Source of the DNA: a bacterium
Lineage (GTDB): Bacteria > 4484-113 > JAGGVC01
Direction of reading: 5' to 3'
DNA length: 64,000 nucleotides
NCBI GenBank assembly: GCA_039961635.1
Contig: JABRWB010000041.1
Location: 1,448-65,447, forward strand
A program made the translations under genes and the position numbers. Shown here one piece after another: positions 18,674 to 28,151 of the stretch. Within the stretch, counting starts at the first letter, position 1, and each line of letters opens with the position of its first letter. The notes under the pieces were generated by a model that searched no databases, was not told the DNA's origin, and was given only the letters and a program-made list of their open reading frames with translations.

Positions 18674-18879
18674 AAGCAAATTTGGAACCGCTCGAGCCAC
18701 ATCCAAAAAGACGAAAAAGCCGCCCCCTTGTTCATCATTATAGGCCACGAACGAAAAATCGGTGGAACAACCCGGTTTGCGTAAATGGAGTGCCTGTCTG
18801 GCCCTAAACTGGGTTATACATCTTCAGGCTTGTGAATCCTAGAGCAACAGTTCACTTTAAGAATGATGCCGAACCGATT

Positions 18880-18895
18880 TGTGAACCTGGTCACT
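18880..18895. promoter_or_regulatory. CRP/FNR-family-like site TGTGA-N6-TCACT upstream of the citrate synthase promoter.
   Basis: ttTGTGAacctggTCACTttt. The centre is about 81 bp upstream of the predicted TSS, a class I position. Confidence 0.3.
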
Positions 18896-18934
18896 TTTTT
18901 GAGCTACTGCTTTTGTTCACAATGTTTCTTTGCG

Positions 18935-18962
18935 TTGGATTGGGCTTGACTAGTGATATAAT
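18935..18962 (+). promoter_or_regulatory. Sigma70 promoter for citrate synthase (TTGGAT-N16-TATAAT).
   Basis: gcgTTGGATtgggcttgactagtgaTATAATattc. The overlapping TTGACT has only a 5-nt spacer and was rejected. Confidence 0.5.
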
Positions 18963-19048
18963 ATTCAAGGTGCAATGCTATGCCGCATCTGAAGTTTGTT
19001 AGTGAAACGGCTTACAAAGCACCTTACAGAACCCCAAGGAGGACCGAT

Positions 19049-20341
19049 ATGTCCAAGCTTCACGAAAAACTCGCCAAGATCATCCCCCCCTTGCGCGAGG
19101 AGATTAAAAATCTTGTGAAAACCCACGGAGAGGTCAAAATCAGCGAAGTTAACGTGGGGCAGGCCTACGGCGGAATGCGGGGGGTTAAAGGCCTGATTTG
19201 TGACACTTCGCTTGTTGAGCCGGACACCGGGCTTGTTATCCGCGGCTACCCGATCCTGGACATCAAGGACAAGTTGCCGGAGGAAATTTTCTGGCTTTTG
19301 GTCACCGGTGAGCTTCCGAGCAAGGAAGAGTTGGAGGATCTGCAAAAGAACCTCGCCGAGCGAAAAGGCGTTCCAGCTTACATCTGGGATGTTCTGCGTG
19401 CAATGCCAAAGGGCACCCATCCGATGGTGATGCTTGACGCCGCGATACTGGTTCTGGAAAACGAAAGCCAGTTCCGCAAACGCTACGATGAAGGGATGAA
19501 GAAAGACGAATATTGGGAACCGATGCTTGAAGACGCGCTTAACATAATCGCGTGGATACCTGAAGTCGCCGCGGGCGTGTACCGCATCCGCTACGAAAAG
19601 GGCGACCTGATTCCATCGGACAAGAATTTGGACATGGGCGCGGATTACGTTAAGATGCTCGGGTTTGACGATCCCACGGGCGAGTTCGCCAACTTGATGC
19701 GTCTGTATTTGACGCTTCATAGCGATCATGAGAGCGGCAATGTCAGCGCCAACACCTGCCACACGGTCGGCAGTGCGCTAAGCGACGCCTACTACGCAGT
19801 CAGCGCCGGACTGAACGGGCTTGCAGGTCCATTGCACGGTTTGGCCAACCAAGAATGCCTCAAATGGGTGCTCGACGTAAAGGAAAAGTTCGGAGGAGTT
19901 CCTTCGGAAGAGGAGCTAAGGCAATTTAGCTGGGATACTCTCAATGCCGGCCGCGTCATTCCGGGATATGGCCACGCAGTTCTTAGGATTACCGACCCTA
20001 GATTCACGGCGTTTCACGGTTTCGGCTTGCGGGTATGCCCGGAGGATCCGGTTTTCAAGATCGTCGCGCGAGTTTACGAAGTAGTGCCCAAGGTCCTGAC
20101 CGAAATGGGTAAGGCGAAGGATCCTTGGCCGAACGTGGATGCGGCAAGCGGGTGCCTGCTCTATTATTTCGGCCTGCGCGAGTTCGACTACTATACGGTT
20201 CTCTTCAGCGTGAGCCGCGCGATGGGTATGCTTGCCCAGCTCGTATACAATCGGGCGATCGGCACTCCGATTACGCGTCCGAAGAGCGTGACGACCGAAT
20301 GGATTAAGAAGCAGGTTGCAAAAGCGGAAGCCGCCGGGTAA
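19049..20341 (+). CDS. Citrate synthase, eukaryotic/mitochondrial type.
   Basis: GGMRGVKGLICDTSLVEPDTGLVIRGYPI matches the mitochondrial CS motif GGMRGMKGL. Start placed at ATG 19049, preceded by AAGGAGG. The ATG at 18980 would fall at or before the TSS. Confidence 0.85.
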   Translation: MSKLHEKLAKIIPPLREEIKNLVKTHGEVKISEVNVGQAYGGMRGVKGLICDTSLVEPDTGLVIRGYPILDIKDKLPEEIFWLLVTGELPSKEELEDLQKNLAERKGVPAYIWDVLRAMPKGTHPMVMLDAAILVLENESQFRKRYDEGMKKDEYWEPMLEDALNIIAWIPEVAAGVYRIRYEKGDLIPSDKNLDMGADYVKMLGFDDPTGEFANLMRLYLTLHSDHESGNVSANTCHTVGSALSDAYYAVSAGLNGLAGPLHGLANQECLKWVLDVKEKFGGVPSEEELRQFSWDTLNAGRVIPGYGHAVLRITDPRFTAFHGFGLRVCPEDPVFKIVARVYEVVPKVLTEMGKAKDPWPNVDAASGCLLYYFGLREFDYYTVLFSVSRAMGMLAQLVYNRAIGTPITRPKSVTTEWIKKQVAKAEAAG

Positions 20342-20401
20342 CCGGATAAACTTGGCTGAACTTCCTTTCGCGGAGCCGGTGCTAAGGCATCGGCTCCGTT
20401 C

Positions 20402-21049
20402 TTATTTACGCTTCCAGAGAAAGAATTCGTTGTTGAACTTTCGAAAAACGGCAGGAAGTTTTTCGACCAACCGGAAACACTCCTCCACAGCCCGTGCGTT
20501 TACAGTCAAATCGCCCCTGTGGATGATCATGTTACGTGAGCGTACAAAGTACTCAAAGCGTGCGACCGTGTTTGCCTCACCTATTTTTTCGGCCGCATCG
20601 TCAAAATAAACACGCGAAAGAGCGTGAAACAGCCGCTTTTTTCTTTCGAAGCTTCTTGCTTCGTCGACGATAAAGTCGGTCAGATCCCCCGAAACGCCGA
20701 TGTTGAGCAAATGGTACGCGTACAGTTCCTCGAACATCAGCTCGTATGCCGTCACGAATAAGTTCACCACCATGCTTTTCACATTTTCGTCGGGCACATG
20801 AAAAAGCAAATGAATGGATTGTAGGAGTGGCTGATAGTTGACGTTTACAGGAAAGCTTTGCCGGTAGCGCCCCCTGTCGGCGCAGTTGGGACAGGCTACG
20901 CTTCCATCGTAAAAGTCGTGCTGGCGGCCCACATAGCCGCACATGATGCAGCGGAAGCGGACCTGTCTTTCGGCCCATTCCCGCGCGTGCGTCTTGAGCG
21001 AGCCGATGGATAACTCTTCGATTTCCACGGAAAGATAGTAGCACCCCAA
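20402..21049 (-). CDS. Hypothetical protein with an N-terminal CxxC...CxxC zinc ribbon and a C-terminal helical domain.
   Basis: CIMCGYVGRQHDFYDGSVACPNCAD. No recognised catalytic motif. Confidence 0.5.
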   Translation of the reverse strand: MGCYYLSVEIEELSIGSLKTHAREWAERQVRFRCIMCGYVGRQHDFYDGSVACPNCADRGRYRQSFPVNVNYQPLLQSIHLLFHVPDENVKSMVVNLFVTAYELMFEELYAYHLLNIGVSGDLTDFIVDEARSFERKKRLFHALSRVYFDDAAEKIGEANTVARFEYFVRSRNMIIHRGDLTVNARAVEECFRLVEKLPAVFRKFNNEFFLWKRK

Positions 21050-21087
21050 GAATGGAATGCTTTAATTGTGAGCCTGCCGGGGAAAGT

Positions 21088-21158
21088 AGCCCTAACGGGA
21101 CTCGAACCCGTGTTTTAGCCTTGAGAGGGCTACGTCCTAACCACTAGACGATAGGGCC
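21088..21158 (-). tRNA. tRNA-Glu, anticodon CUC.
   Basis: Reverse complement GGCCCTATCGTCTAGTGGTTAGGACGTAGCCCTCTCAAGGCTAAAACACGGGTTCGAGTCCCGTTAGGGCT. Cloverleaf with a 7-bp acceptor stem (one G-U pair), a TAGCC/GGCTA anticodon stem with loop CTCTCAA, and a GGTTCGAGTCC T-arm. CCA is not encoded. Confidence 0.8.
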
Positions 21159-21221
21159 TTGAGAGCGGGAGATAGTACCAAAAGCGGGCTTCGGGTGCAA
21201 CATTCGGCCGCAAAACCGAGG

Positions 21222-21959
21222 ATGTATAATCGGAGCGTGTTCTTTTTGCCATTAAGAGACGAGAATCCAAGCTACGGCCTGCCGATTGTCGTGCTTTTGT
21301 TGATTGCAATCAACGTCTATGCTTTCTACCTGGAAATTACGTTCAGCGGGGGAATGGAAGCGGCGGTATTCACATGGGGGGCGATACCGAAGGAGCTTGT
21401 GACCTTTAGGGACTTTCCGCCCGCTACCGGCCTGCCGGTCTATCTGAACATTTTCACTTCTATGTTCATGCACGGCGGATTGATGCACTTAATAGGCAAC
21501 ATGTGGTTTTTGTGGTTGTTCGGCGACAACTGCGAGTATGTAATGGGTCGGCTTGGATTTGCGGGTTTTTACTTACTTTGCGGAATTGCGGCAACAATCG
21601 CCCAGGTGGTGCTTTCGCCACTGTCGGACGTTCCAATGGTAGGGGCAAGCGGCGCTATTGCGGGAGTGATGGGCGCCTACCTGGTTTACTATCCCGCGGC
21701 CAGAATTTACAGTCTTATGTGGCTTTTTGTATTCGTGAGGTTCGTATACATTCCGGCTGCGCTTTTTCTGATTGTTTGGATTGTTTTCCAGATATGGAGC
21801 GCGATGGGGGACCAACTTACCGGGGGAGGCATCGCGTACGGCGCGCATATCGGAGGATTCGCAGCAGGTTTGCTGCTTGCAAAAGCCTTTATGGCCAGAA
21901 AGTCTCCGCCGCGTGGCAAACACTACGGCTGGACGCGCCGAATTTATGATTTCGACTAA
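21222..21959 (+). CDS. Rhomboid-family intramembrane serine protease.
   Basis: FMHGGLMHLIGNMWFLWLFG, the active-site motif GASGAIAGVMGAY, and AHIGGFAAGLL carrying the catalytic His. Confidence 0.8.
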   Translation: MYNRSVFFLPLRDENPSYGLPIVVLLLIAINVYAFYLEITFSGGMEAAVFTWGAIPKELVTFRDFPPATGLPVYLNIFTSMFMHGGLMHLIGNMWFLWLFGDNCEYVMGRLGFAGFYLLCGIAATIAQVVLSPLSDVPMVGASGAIAGVMGAYLVYYPAARIYSLMWLFVFVRFVYIPAALFLIVWIVFQIWSAMGDQLTGGGIAYGAHIGGFAAGLLLAKAFMARKSPPRGKHYGWTRRIYDFD

Positions 21960-22022
21960 TTTTCCCGGCAGGCATTCAAGCGTTTGAAGCTGGTATTACT
22001 CGATGGGGGTAGTATTTCTTCC

Positions 22023-23381
22023 ATGAAGCGGATTCGGATAATCGGTGCCGGAATAGCTGGGAGCGAGGCAGCTTGGCAATGCGCGCGCCGCGGCGTCCAA
22101 GTTGAGCTATGGGAAATGCGTCCCCACACCATGCCGCCCGCACACCGCACATCAGGATTTGCCGAGCTAGTCTGCAGCAATTCTTTTAAAAGCAAAGATC
22201 CGCATACCAGTGCAGGTCTCTTGAAGGAAGAATTGAGGATGCTGGGCTCGCTTATACTCGATTGTGCGGAGGCGGAGGCGCTTCCCGGCGGTACGGCGCT
22301 GATGGTTGATCGCGAACGGTTTTCCGCCAGAGTGACCGAAGCAATTTCATGTAATCCCTTGATTCATGTCATCCGCGGGTCGGTCGACAATATCGCGGAA
22401 TTTGCAGCCGAATCCGGCAACGATCCGGTGATTGTCGCAGTCGGGCCAAACACAACCGATAATTTTTGGAGAAGTTTGGACGCGTTTCTTGGCTCAGAAA
22501 GACTGCATTTCTTCGATGCAACCAGCCCAATTGTCTCTGCAGATTCGCTGAAATTCGACCGCATTTTCGAGGCGTCAAGATACGGCAAGGGGGAAAACGA
22601 AGGTTACTTAAATTCACCGATGGACAAGGATGAATATGTTAGATTCAGAGAGGAGCTGCTCTCGGCCGAATTGGTACCTCTAGGACATGGCGAGGAGCTT
22701 AGCCTGTTCGAAGGATGTCTGCCCATCGAAGAGCTTGCGCGCCGCGGCGAAGATGCGATGCGATTCGGGCCGCTGAAACCCGTAGGTTTTGTGGATCCGG
22801 TAAAGGGCAGGGAACCGTACGCAGTCGTGCAACTCCGCCAGGAAGATTCGATGAGGGCGGCTTATTCGCTTGTCGGATTTCAAACCCGGCTTAAATTTCC
22901 CGAGCAGGAACGCGTTTTGTCCTTGATTCCCGGTCTCGAAAAGGCGAAGTTTTTAAGGCATGGAAGAATGCACAAAAACACCTACATAGATGCTCCGAAG
23001 CTGCTTTATCCGACGCTTCAATATCGTGCTAATCCCAATTTGCTCTTCGCCGGACAGATTACAGGACTGGAAGGTTATCAATCCGCGGCAGCGACCGGAT
23101 TGGTGGCGGGATTGAACGCCGTGCGAATAGTCTCGGGAGCGGAACCCTTGCGAATCCCGGAGAAAACGGTAATCGGCGAAGCGCTTCGTTGGATGACCGA
23201 TTTCGGCAACAAGGAATACAGGCCGACTGCGCCGGTTTTCGGCATGTGGAAGGATGTTCCAAAATTGAAAAAGAAAGACCGGGCCGAATGGTTCATTAGA
23301 AGGAGCAGGGAAGGAATTGCAAAAATCGCCGCAGATATTGCAGCCAAGTCCGAAACGGAATTTCGATATGTCGATACTTAA
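22023..23381 (+). CDS. trmFO: Methylenetetrahydrofolate--tRNA-(uracil54-C5)-methyltransferase TrmFO.
   Basis: MKRIRIIGAGIAGSEAAWQCARRGVQVELWEMRP...TSGFAELVCSNSFKS. Confidence 0.9.
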   Translation: MKRIRIIGAGIAGSEAAWQCARRGVQVELWEMRPHTMPPAHRTSGFAELVCSNSFKSKDPHTSAGLLKEELRMLGSLILDCAEAEALPGGTALMVDRERFSARVTEAISCNPLIHVIRGSVDNIAEFAAESGNDPVIVAVGPNTTDNFWRSLDAFLGSERLHFFDATSPIVSADSLKFDRIFEASRYGKGENEGYLNSPMDKDEYVRFREELLSAELVPLGHGEELSLFEGCLPIEELARRGEDAMRFGPLKPVGFVDPVKGREPYAVVQLRQEDSMRAAYSLVGFQTRLKFPEQERVLSLIPGLEKAKFLRHGRMHKNTYIDAPKLLYPTLQYRANPNLLFAGQITGLEGYQSAAATGLVAGLNAVRIVSGAEPLRIPEKTVIGEALRWMTDFGNKEYRPTAPVFGMWKDVPKLKKKDRAEWFIRRSREGIAKIAADIAAKSETEFRYVDT

Positions 23382-24513
23382 TCCAACACTTGCGGACATG
23401 TCTTCTTATCCCATTGAACTCCTGGATTATGAGCTTCCGTCCGAGCTGATAGCGCAGGAGCCCCTGGACGATAGATCGGCGTCAAGAATGCTCCATGTAA
23501 TCCGCAATTCCGGCGAGATAATTCACAGAAATTTCCGTGATCTTCCTAAGCTGCTTAGGATTGGGGATGTATTGGTGCTGAACGACAGCAAGGTGATTCC
23601 CGGAAGAATCCGCGGACGCAAACTCACCGGCGGCTCGGTGGAAATCGTCGTACTGAAGGAGATGGATGAATATCGGTTCGAAGTAATCGCCGAAGTGCGG
23701 GGAGGATTGAAGAAAGGCGATAGATACTTGCTTGTGAACGATTTTCTGATCGAGGTCGAATGGGCGGAGCAAGGAGGCCCGCGTGGAATAATAAAAGCAA
23801 CGGCCTACTTGCCCAAATGCCACGATGAAGAGCAATTCAAACTCGATGACATGCATCCTGCGGCCGAATTGGAGGAGCCGTTATTTCTCGAAATGTTTTA
23901 TTCCGGCGGGGAAATGCCCATTCCACCATACATCAAACGTCAGTCGGAATTTCCCGACCGATATCAGACGGTCTACGCGCTAAACAGGGGTAGCGCGGCC
24001 GCTCCTACCGCCGGATTGCATTTCACGCAAGAGGTTCTTGACGAAATCGCGAGGCGCGGCGTTGATATCCAGCGAATCACTCTGCATATAGGCATTGGAA
24101 CGTTTTTGCCGATAAGGTCAGAGGATTTGGCCATGCACAAAATGCATAAGGAGGAATATCGCGTCTCCGAAGAAGCAGCCGAGGCGATTATAAAAGCAAT
24201 CCGCGAAGGCCGGCGGATCGTTGCAGCAGGCACAACTACCGTGCGCACGCTCGAAGCTGTATTCTCGCCGTGCAATTGCTCGGTGGACGGTACACCTTTC
24301 AAATTAAAAGGCGAAACGGATTTGTTCATCTTTCCCGGCTACAATTTCAAAGTAGTTGGTGCAATGTTAACCAACTTTCATTTACCGAAAAGCACTTTGC
24401 TGGCAATGGTGTATGCGTTTGGGGGGCGGAACGTGATAAGAAACGCCTATCAATCGGCCATCTCGGAACGCTACCGCTTTTATTCGTTCGGCGACTGCAT
24501 GCTTATAGAGTGA
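23368..24513 (+). CDS. queA: S-adenosylmethionine:tRNA ribosyltransferase-isomerase.
   Basis: LLDYELPSELIAQEPLDDRSASRMLHV...TAGLHFTQEVLDEIARRGVDIQRITLHIGIGTF. Overlaps the trmFO 3' end by 14 nt. Confidence 0.9.
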   Translation: MSILNPTLADMSSYPIELLDYELPSELIAQEPLDDRSASRMLHVIRNSGEIIHRNFRDLPKLLRIGDVLVLNDSKVIPGRIRGRKLTGGSVEIVVLKEMDEYRFEVIAEVRGGLKKGDRYLLVNDFLIEVEWAEQGGPRGIIKATAYLPKCHDEEQFKLDDMHPAAELEEPLFLEMFYSGGEMPIPPYIKRQSEFPDRYQTVYALNRGSAAAPTAGLHFTQEVLDEIARRGVDIQRITLHIGIGTFLPIRSEDLAMHKMHKEEYRVSEEAAEAIIKAIREGRRIVAAGTTTVRTLEAVFSPCNCSVDGTPFKLKGETDLFIFPGYNFKVVGAMLTNFHLPKSTLLAMVYAFGGRNVIRNAYQSAISERYRFYSFGDCMLIE

Positions 24514-24571
24514 TGAAAAATCGTTGAGATTCTGCGCCCGAAAAGTCAAACGCCAAACATTAATGTTTTTG

Positions 24572-26815
24572 CTACTTAAAGTAGTGGCATTCCCGGCAGG
24601 ATTTATCCGGATAATGCGCCTCGTCCTTGTCGGCATGGCACATTTGGCAGTTTTGCCTCGGCACCTCCCGCCAGGCGTGGTTTGCGTGGCAGGTCATACA
24701 GCTTTGATGACCATCGCGAACGTGCAGCCCCTTGGATGTCATATCCGCATGGCAAGACGCGCAGCTTTCGGGATCCGCCTTCCACTCGTGTGTCGCATGG
24801 CACATTGCACAGTTGTTTTTGATGCTCTCCTCGTTTGCCTGAAGCTTGTCCGCGTGGCACATCGTGCAAGATGGCATTTCAGTCTTGCTGAATGAGTGGG
24901 CTGCGTGGCACATCGTGCACGTCGTCATTTTCGATTTCAAGTTGGTTTCCGCAATGTCCGCATGACAAGTCGCACAGGCTACTTCCGGCTTGGGCGTCCA
25001 GTTGTGGTCAGCATGGCAGAAAGAGCAGGATACATGCGGCCCGGAGGAAGTTTCATCCGCTTTATCCGCATGGCAGCTAGCGCAATCCAGCGTCCGAGTC
25101 CAGGTATGAGGGATGTGGCACAGCGCGCAGTTTGCTTTGAATTGACCTGAAGAGGCGTTGCCGTTATCCACCTGCGATGGATGGCAGGTCTTGCAGGCTC
25201 CCGGCGGTTCGGGAGACCAGTTGTGCCCCGCGTGGCACATTGCACACTCGGGCATTCCAGCCGTGGCAGTGTCGGTTCCGATGTCTGCGTGGCAGGACAG
25301 ACACAAAATAGGCTCGGGTTTCCACAGGTGATCGGAATGACAAAGCGCGCAATCCGCCTTTACGTTGTTCAGCGACGCCAGACCGGAATCGCGCACGTCA
25401 GGATGACATTGGCCGCAGAACTTGCTGTTCCGGAGAGTGTGAACCGCGGCCATCTGGAATTCGTTCAGCTTCAGAGCTTTGTCGGCCTTTTGCTTCGCTA
25501 CTTCCGCTTCGGAGATTTCTAAGATTTGAGCAAGTTCCGCGTCCGTTGCCGCGGGAAGATTGGGCTTCCAGGTGTGTGGATTGTGGCAGAGGCTGCAATC
25601 CGCTTTGGCGGGCAGTTCTTTGGAATTGGCGACCGGGCTGTGATGGCAAGCGGCGCAAGACTGCCAGCCCTTGAAGCTGCCTTCGTGGGTGTTGTGGCAA
25701 ATGGCGCAGTTTTGCATTTTGCCTTTGAGCACTTCCTTGACAACTGGAGCATGGCAGCTGCGGCAAGTTGAGGATCCTCTGGGCGCTTTCCACGTGTGGT
25801 TCTGGTGGCATGACAAACATTGCTTATGTTTGGAAGGAATGCTGGAAGCGGGCACCGCGCCCGGATAAATGGCTCTTGAGTGGCATTCGAGGCATTTGGA
25901 TGGAGCTGCAACCTTCCAGTCGGAAATCGCGTGGCAGCTAAGGCAATCTTTGTGCTTCGCCGGTGCCGATGCGGGAGCGAAACGCTCCTTCCAGCCCGGT
26001 TCGTGGCAGCTTGCACAAGTACCGGTTTTGAAATTGCCCAGATAATGTGGGCTATGACATTGGATGCAGTTCTTGGGGTGGAATGGGAAGTTGTGTTCAA
26101 GCACTTCCGTTGTTTGGGTATGGCACTGCGTGCAAAACTCGGCGTTTCCGACGTTGGTCCAGGAATGGGGCTTGTGGCACTGAACGCAGGATTGATGTCC
26201 CGGATTGGAAGTCTGGCCCGGCTTATAAACCGCATGGCAGTTCAGGCAGGTAGAAGACGTAATCTCGTAACTTTCGTCGTGTGGATTGTGGCAACTCTTG
26301 CAGGATATTGCCATCGCAGCATCGGGGGAAAAGAAATCCTTGTTAATTTCAGTCTGCAGTGGTTCGGCGTGGCATATCTGGCAGTCGTTGAATTCGGGAA
26401 CAAGCTCCATTCCCGTTTTTTGGACTTTGAAAACGTGACAAGCCCAACAATGGTTTTTTGCCTGTTCGCTGGTGAAATGGCCTTCAGCGTGGCATTCGAG
26501 GCATTTTTTGGGATCGGGCAGCTCCAGGAAGTTGTCGGTGTTGTGGCACGTTGCGCATTCCATCCGCTCTTTGAGTACGTGGGAGCCGTGGCCGGGCGTG
26601 TTGGGAAGGGATTTCCACAGGTCTGCGGAAATTCCGGCAGGAGGTGTTTCGGAAAATTCGGAGACGGGCACTTTGGCGGCGTTGTGCTTGTCCTGACCGC
26701 CACACGTGGTCAATATCAAGATAGCCGGCAGAAGAAAAAAAAGACGCAAATCTGCGCTCGATTTGAGCGAGATTTGCGACCAAAAACGAAGCTTGGTTGG
26801 CGACGGCAGGGTCAT
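24572..26815 (-). CDS. Multiheme cytochrome c with 33 CxxCH motifs (747 aa), signal peptide or lipoprotein.
   Basis: 33 CxxCH motifs counted by eye, CATCH first and CRECH last. Spacing is regular at 10-22 aa. A 55-aa helical linker follows heme 17. The C-terminal half has an alternating 12/14-aa repeat CxxCHADHNW...CxxCHAD. Confidence 0.9.
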   Translation of the reverse strand: MTLPSPTKLRFWSQISLKSSADLRLFFLLPAILILTTCGGQDKHNAAKVPVSEFSETPPAGISADLWKSLPNTPGHGSHVLKERMECATCHNTDNFLELPDPKKCLECHAEGHFTSEQAKNHCWACHVFKVQKTGMELVPEFNDCQICHAEPLQTEINKDFFSPDAAMAISCKSCHNPHDESYEITSSTCLNCHAVYKPGQTSNPGHQSCVQCHKPHSWTNVGNAEFCTQCHTQTTEVLEHNFPFHPKNCIQCHSPHYLGNFKTGTCASCHEPGWKERFAPASAPAKHKDCLSCHAISDWKVAAPSKCLECHSRAIYPGAVPASSIPSKHKQCLSCHQNHTWKAPRGSSTCRSCHAPVVKEVLKGKMQNCAICHNTHEGSFKGWQSCAACHHSPVANSKELPAKADCSLCHNPHTWKPNLPAATDAELAQILEISEAEVAKQKADKALKLNEFQMAAVHTLRNSKFCGQCHPDVRDSGLASLNNVKADCALCHSDHLWKPEPILCLSCHADIGTDTATAGMPECAMCHAGHNWSPEPPGACKTCHPSQVDNGNASSGQFKANCALCHIPHTWTRTLDCASCHADKADETSSGPHVSCSFCHADHNWTPKPEVACATCHADIAETNLKSKMTTCTMCHAAHSFSKTEMPSCTMCHADKLQANEESIKNNCAMCHATHEWKADPESCASCHADMTSKGLHVRDGHQSCMTCHANHAWREVPRQNCQMCHADKDEAHYPDKSCRECHYFK

Positions 26816-26867
26816 CTGTCTAAACAGGGACAGGCGCCCAGGGACGCCGTCCGGGGCTTGAGAATTA

Positions 26868-28151
26868 CTACCGGTTTCCCAAAACCACCTTCGTATAGTA
26901 CAGCATCAGCAGGCCGTAAGCAAACACCAAAGCCCCCAAAATCAAAACTGTGCGCTTGGCCTGTCTGCCCCGCGAAATCAGTTTCGTGGTGAAAGACTTG
27001 ATTTCCATGTAAATGGATTCGGCCTCTTTGTGGTTGTCGGAAATGAGCTTTCCATCGACTGAATGCTGGAGGCCGCGCGCCGTAAGCAGTTTCGTGGTTA
27101 TTTCTTCCACCTTTGGAAGCATATCGGTCATACTTAAATGCGTAGTTTTTTCCGTTTCTTCAACTAGTGTAAGACACTCCTCGTGAAGCTCGTTTAGTCC
27201 GGCAAGCGATGTTTTTATCGTGTTAATCGTTGCGTACGCCGCGCTTTTGGTGTCGTGGCACGATAAACATCCGCCTTTTTCGGTTGATGTTATGAACTCG
27301 TCGGTAGGTTTTTTAAGCTTGTGATTATCGTGGCAAGTTATGCAGCGAGGAAAGCTCATAGCTTTGAAGGCTTCATTGTGAGGCCCTTGCGCGTAATATT
27401 GCTCGGTTCGAAGATGGCAAGAGCCGCATACATTCACGACAGAATCTACTCCCGGAGGCGCAGCGCCGTGATAGCCGTGGCAGGAAGTGCATACCGGTGC
27501 GGCTGTTTCCTTCTCCTTGAAAAGCAGTTCGCCATGCCGGCCGGCCATGTAATCGCTCACTATATCGGCGTCTATTCCATAGGCGGACATTAGCGATTTA
27601 TCTGCATGGCATTTGCCGCAGGTTGCAGGGATGTTTTCGTGATGCGTGGATGACTGCGGATTTGACGCTGGAGCAATTAAGTGCGGCGAATGGCAGTCCG
27701 AGCAGAATGCAACATTCATGTCGCCGTTTTCAAAAAAGCGCTTGCCGTGAATACTCGTTTTGTAAAGTTCAAGCTGATCGGTGCGCATATTTCCGAACTG
27801 CTTCATGTATTCCGGGTTTGCATGGCATTTCGTGCAGGTATCAAGTATCTGGCCGCCGGTCGGCTTGCCGACGAAACCAATTGCAGGATCCATCGCGACC
27901 GCCACGTCTCCTGAAGTTGGATCGCCTCCATGACAATCAACGCAACCCAGTCCCTTATCCCAGTGCGTGCTTTTTTTGAAATCCTGAACCAATTTCAGAT
28001 ATTTGCCTCCCATTTTTTCGTGGCAGGCGATACAACTATCCGAGCGTTTCCCTACAACCTCTTGAGCCAAGGCGGGTTTGGTCAAGAATAACAATAAAAG
28101 AGCAGTTATCGGCAAAAAAACCTCGCGAAATGCGATTCTAGGAGTTTTCAC
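26868..28151 (-). CDS. Nonaheme cytochrome c with N-terminal signal peptide and C-terminal TM anchor.
   Basis: 9 CxxCH motifs (CIACH...CLSCH), a coiled segment, then TVLILGALVFAYGLLMLYYTKVV. Confidence 0.9.
   Translation of the reverse strand: MKTPRIAFREVFLPITALLLLFLTKPALAQEVVGKRSDSCIACHEKMGGKYLKLVQDFKKSTHWDKGLGCVDCHGGDPTSGDVAVAMDPAIGFVGKPTGGQILDTCTKCHANPEYMKQFGNMRTDQLELYKTSIHGKRFFENGDMNVAFCSDCHSPHLIAPASNPQSSTHHENIPATCGKCHADKSLMSAYGIDADIVSDYMAGRHGELLFKEKETAAPVCTSCHGYHGAAPPGVDSVVNVCGSCHLRTEQYYAQGPHNEAFKAMSFPRCITCHDNHKLKKPTDEFITSTEKGGCLSCHDTKSAAYATINTIKTSLAGLNELHEECLTLVEETEKTTHLSMTDMLPKVEEITTKLLTARGLQHSVDGKLISDNHKEAESIYMEIKSFTTKLISRGRQAKRTVLILGALVFAYGLLMLYYTKVVLGNR

Noticed and set aside
18941-18962. 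TTGACT immediately upstream of TATAAT as the -35 box for citrate synthase.
   Set aside because: The spacer is only 5 nt. The TTGGAT 16 nt upstream of the -10 fits far better.
25880-26992. 370-aa plus-strand ORF inside the 33-heme cytochrome gene, plus other ORFs at 24524..26703.
   Set aside because: Antisense to a frame containing 33 in-register CxxCH motifs.
24572-28151. Periodic nucleotide repeats (tgccatgc / gcacat-type) that could be mistaken for a repeat array.
   Set aside because: They are the codons of repeated CxxCH heme-binding motifs within a continuous ORF, not spacer-repeat CRISPR structure. No CRISPR array was found anywhere in the window.
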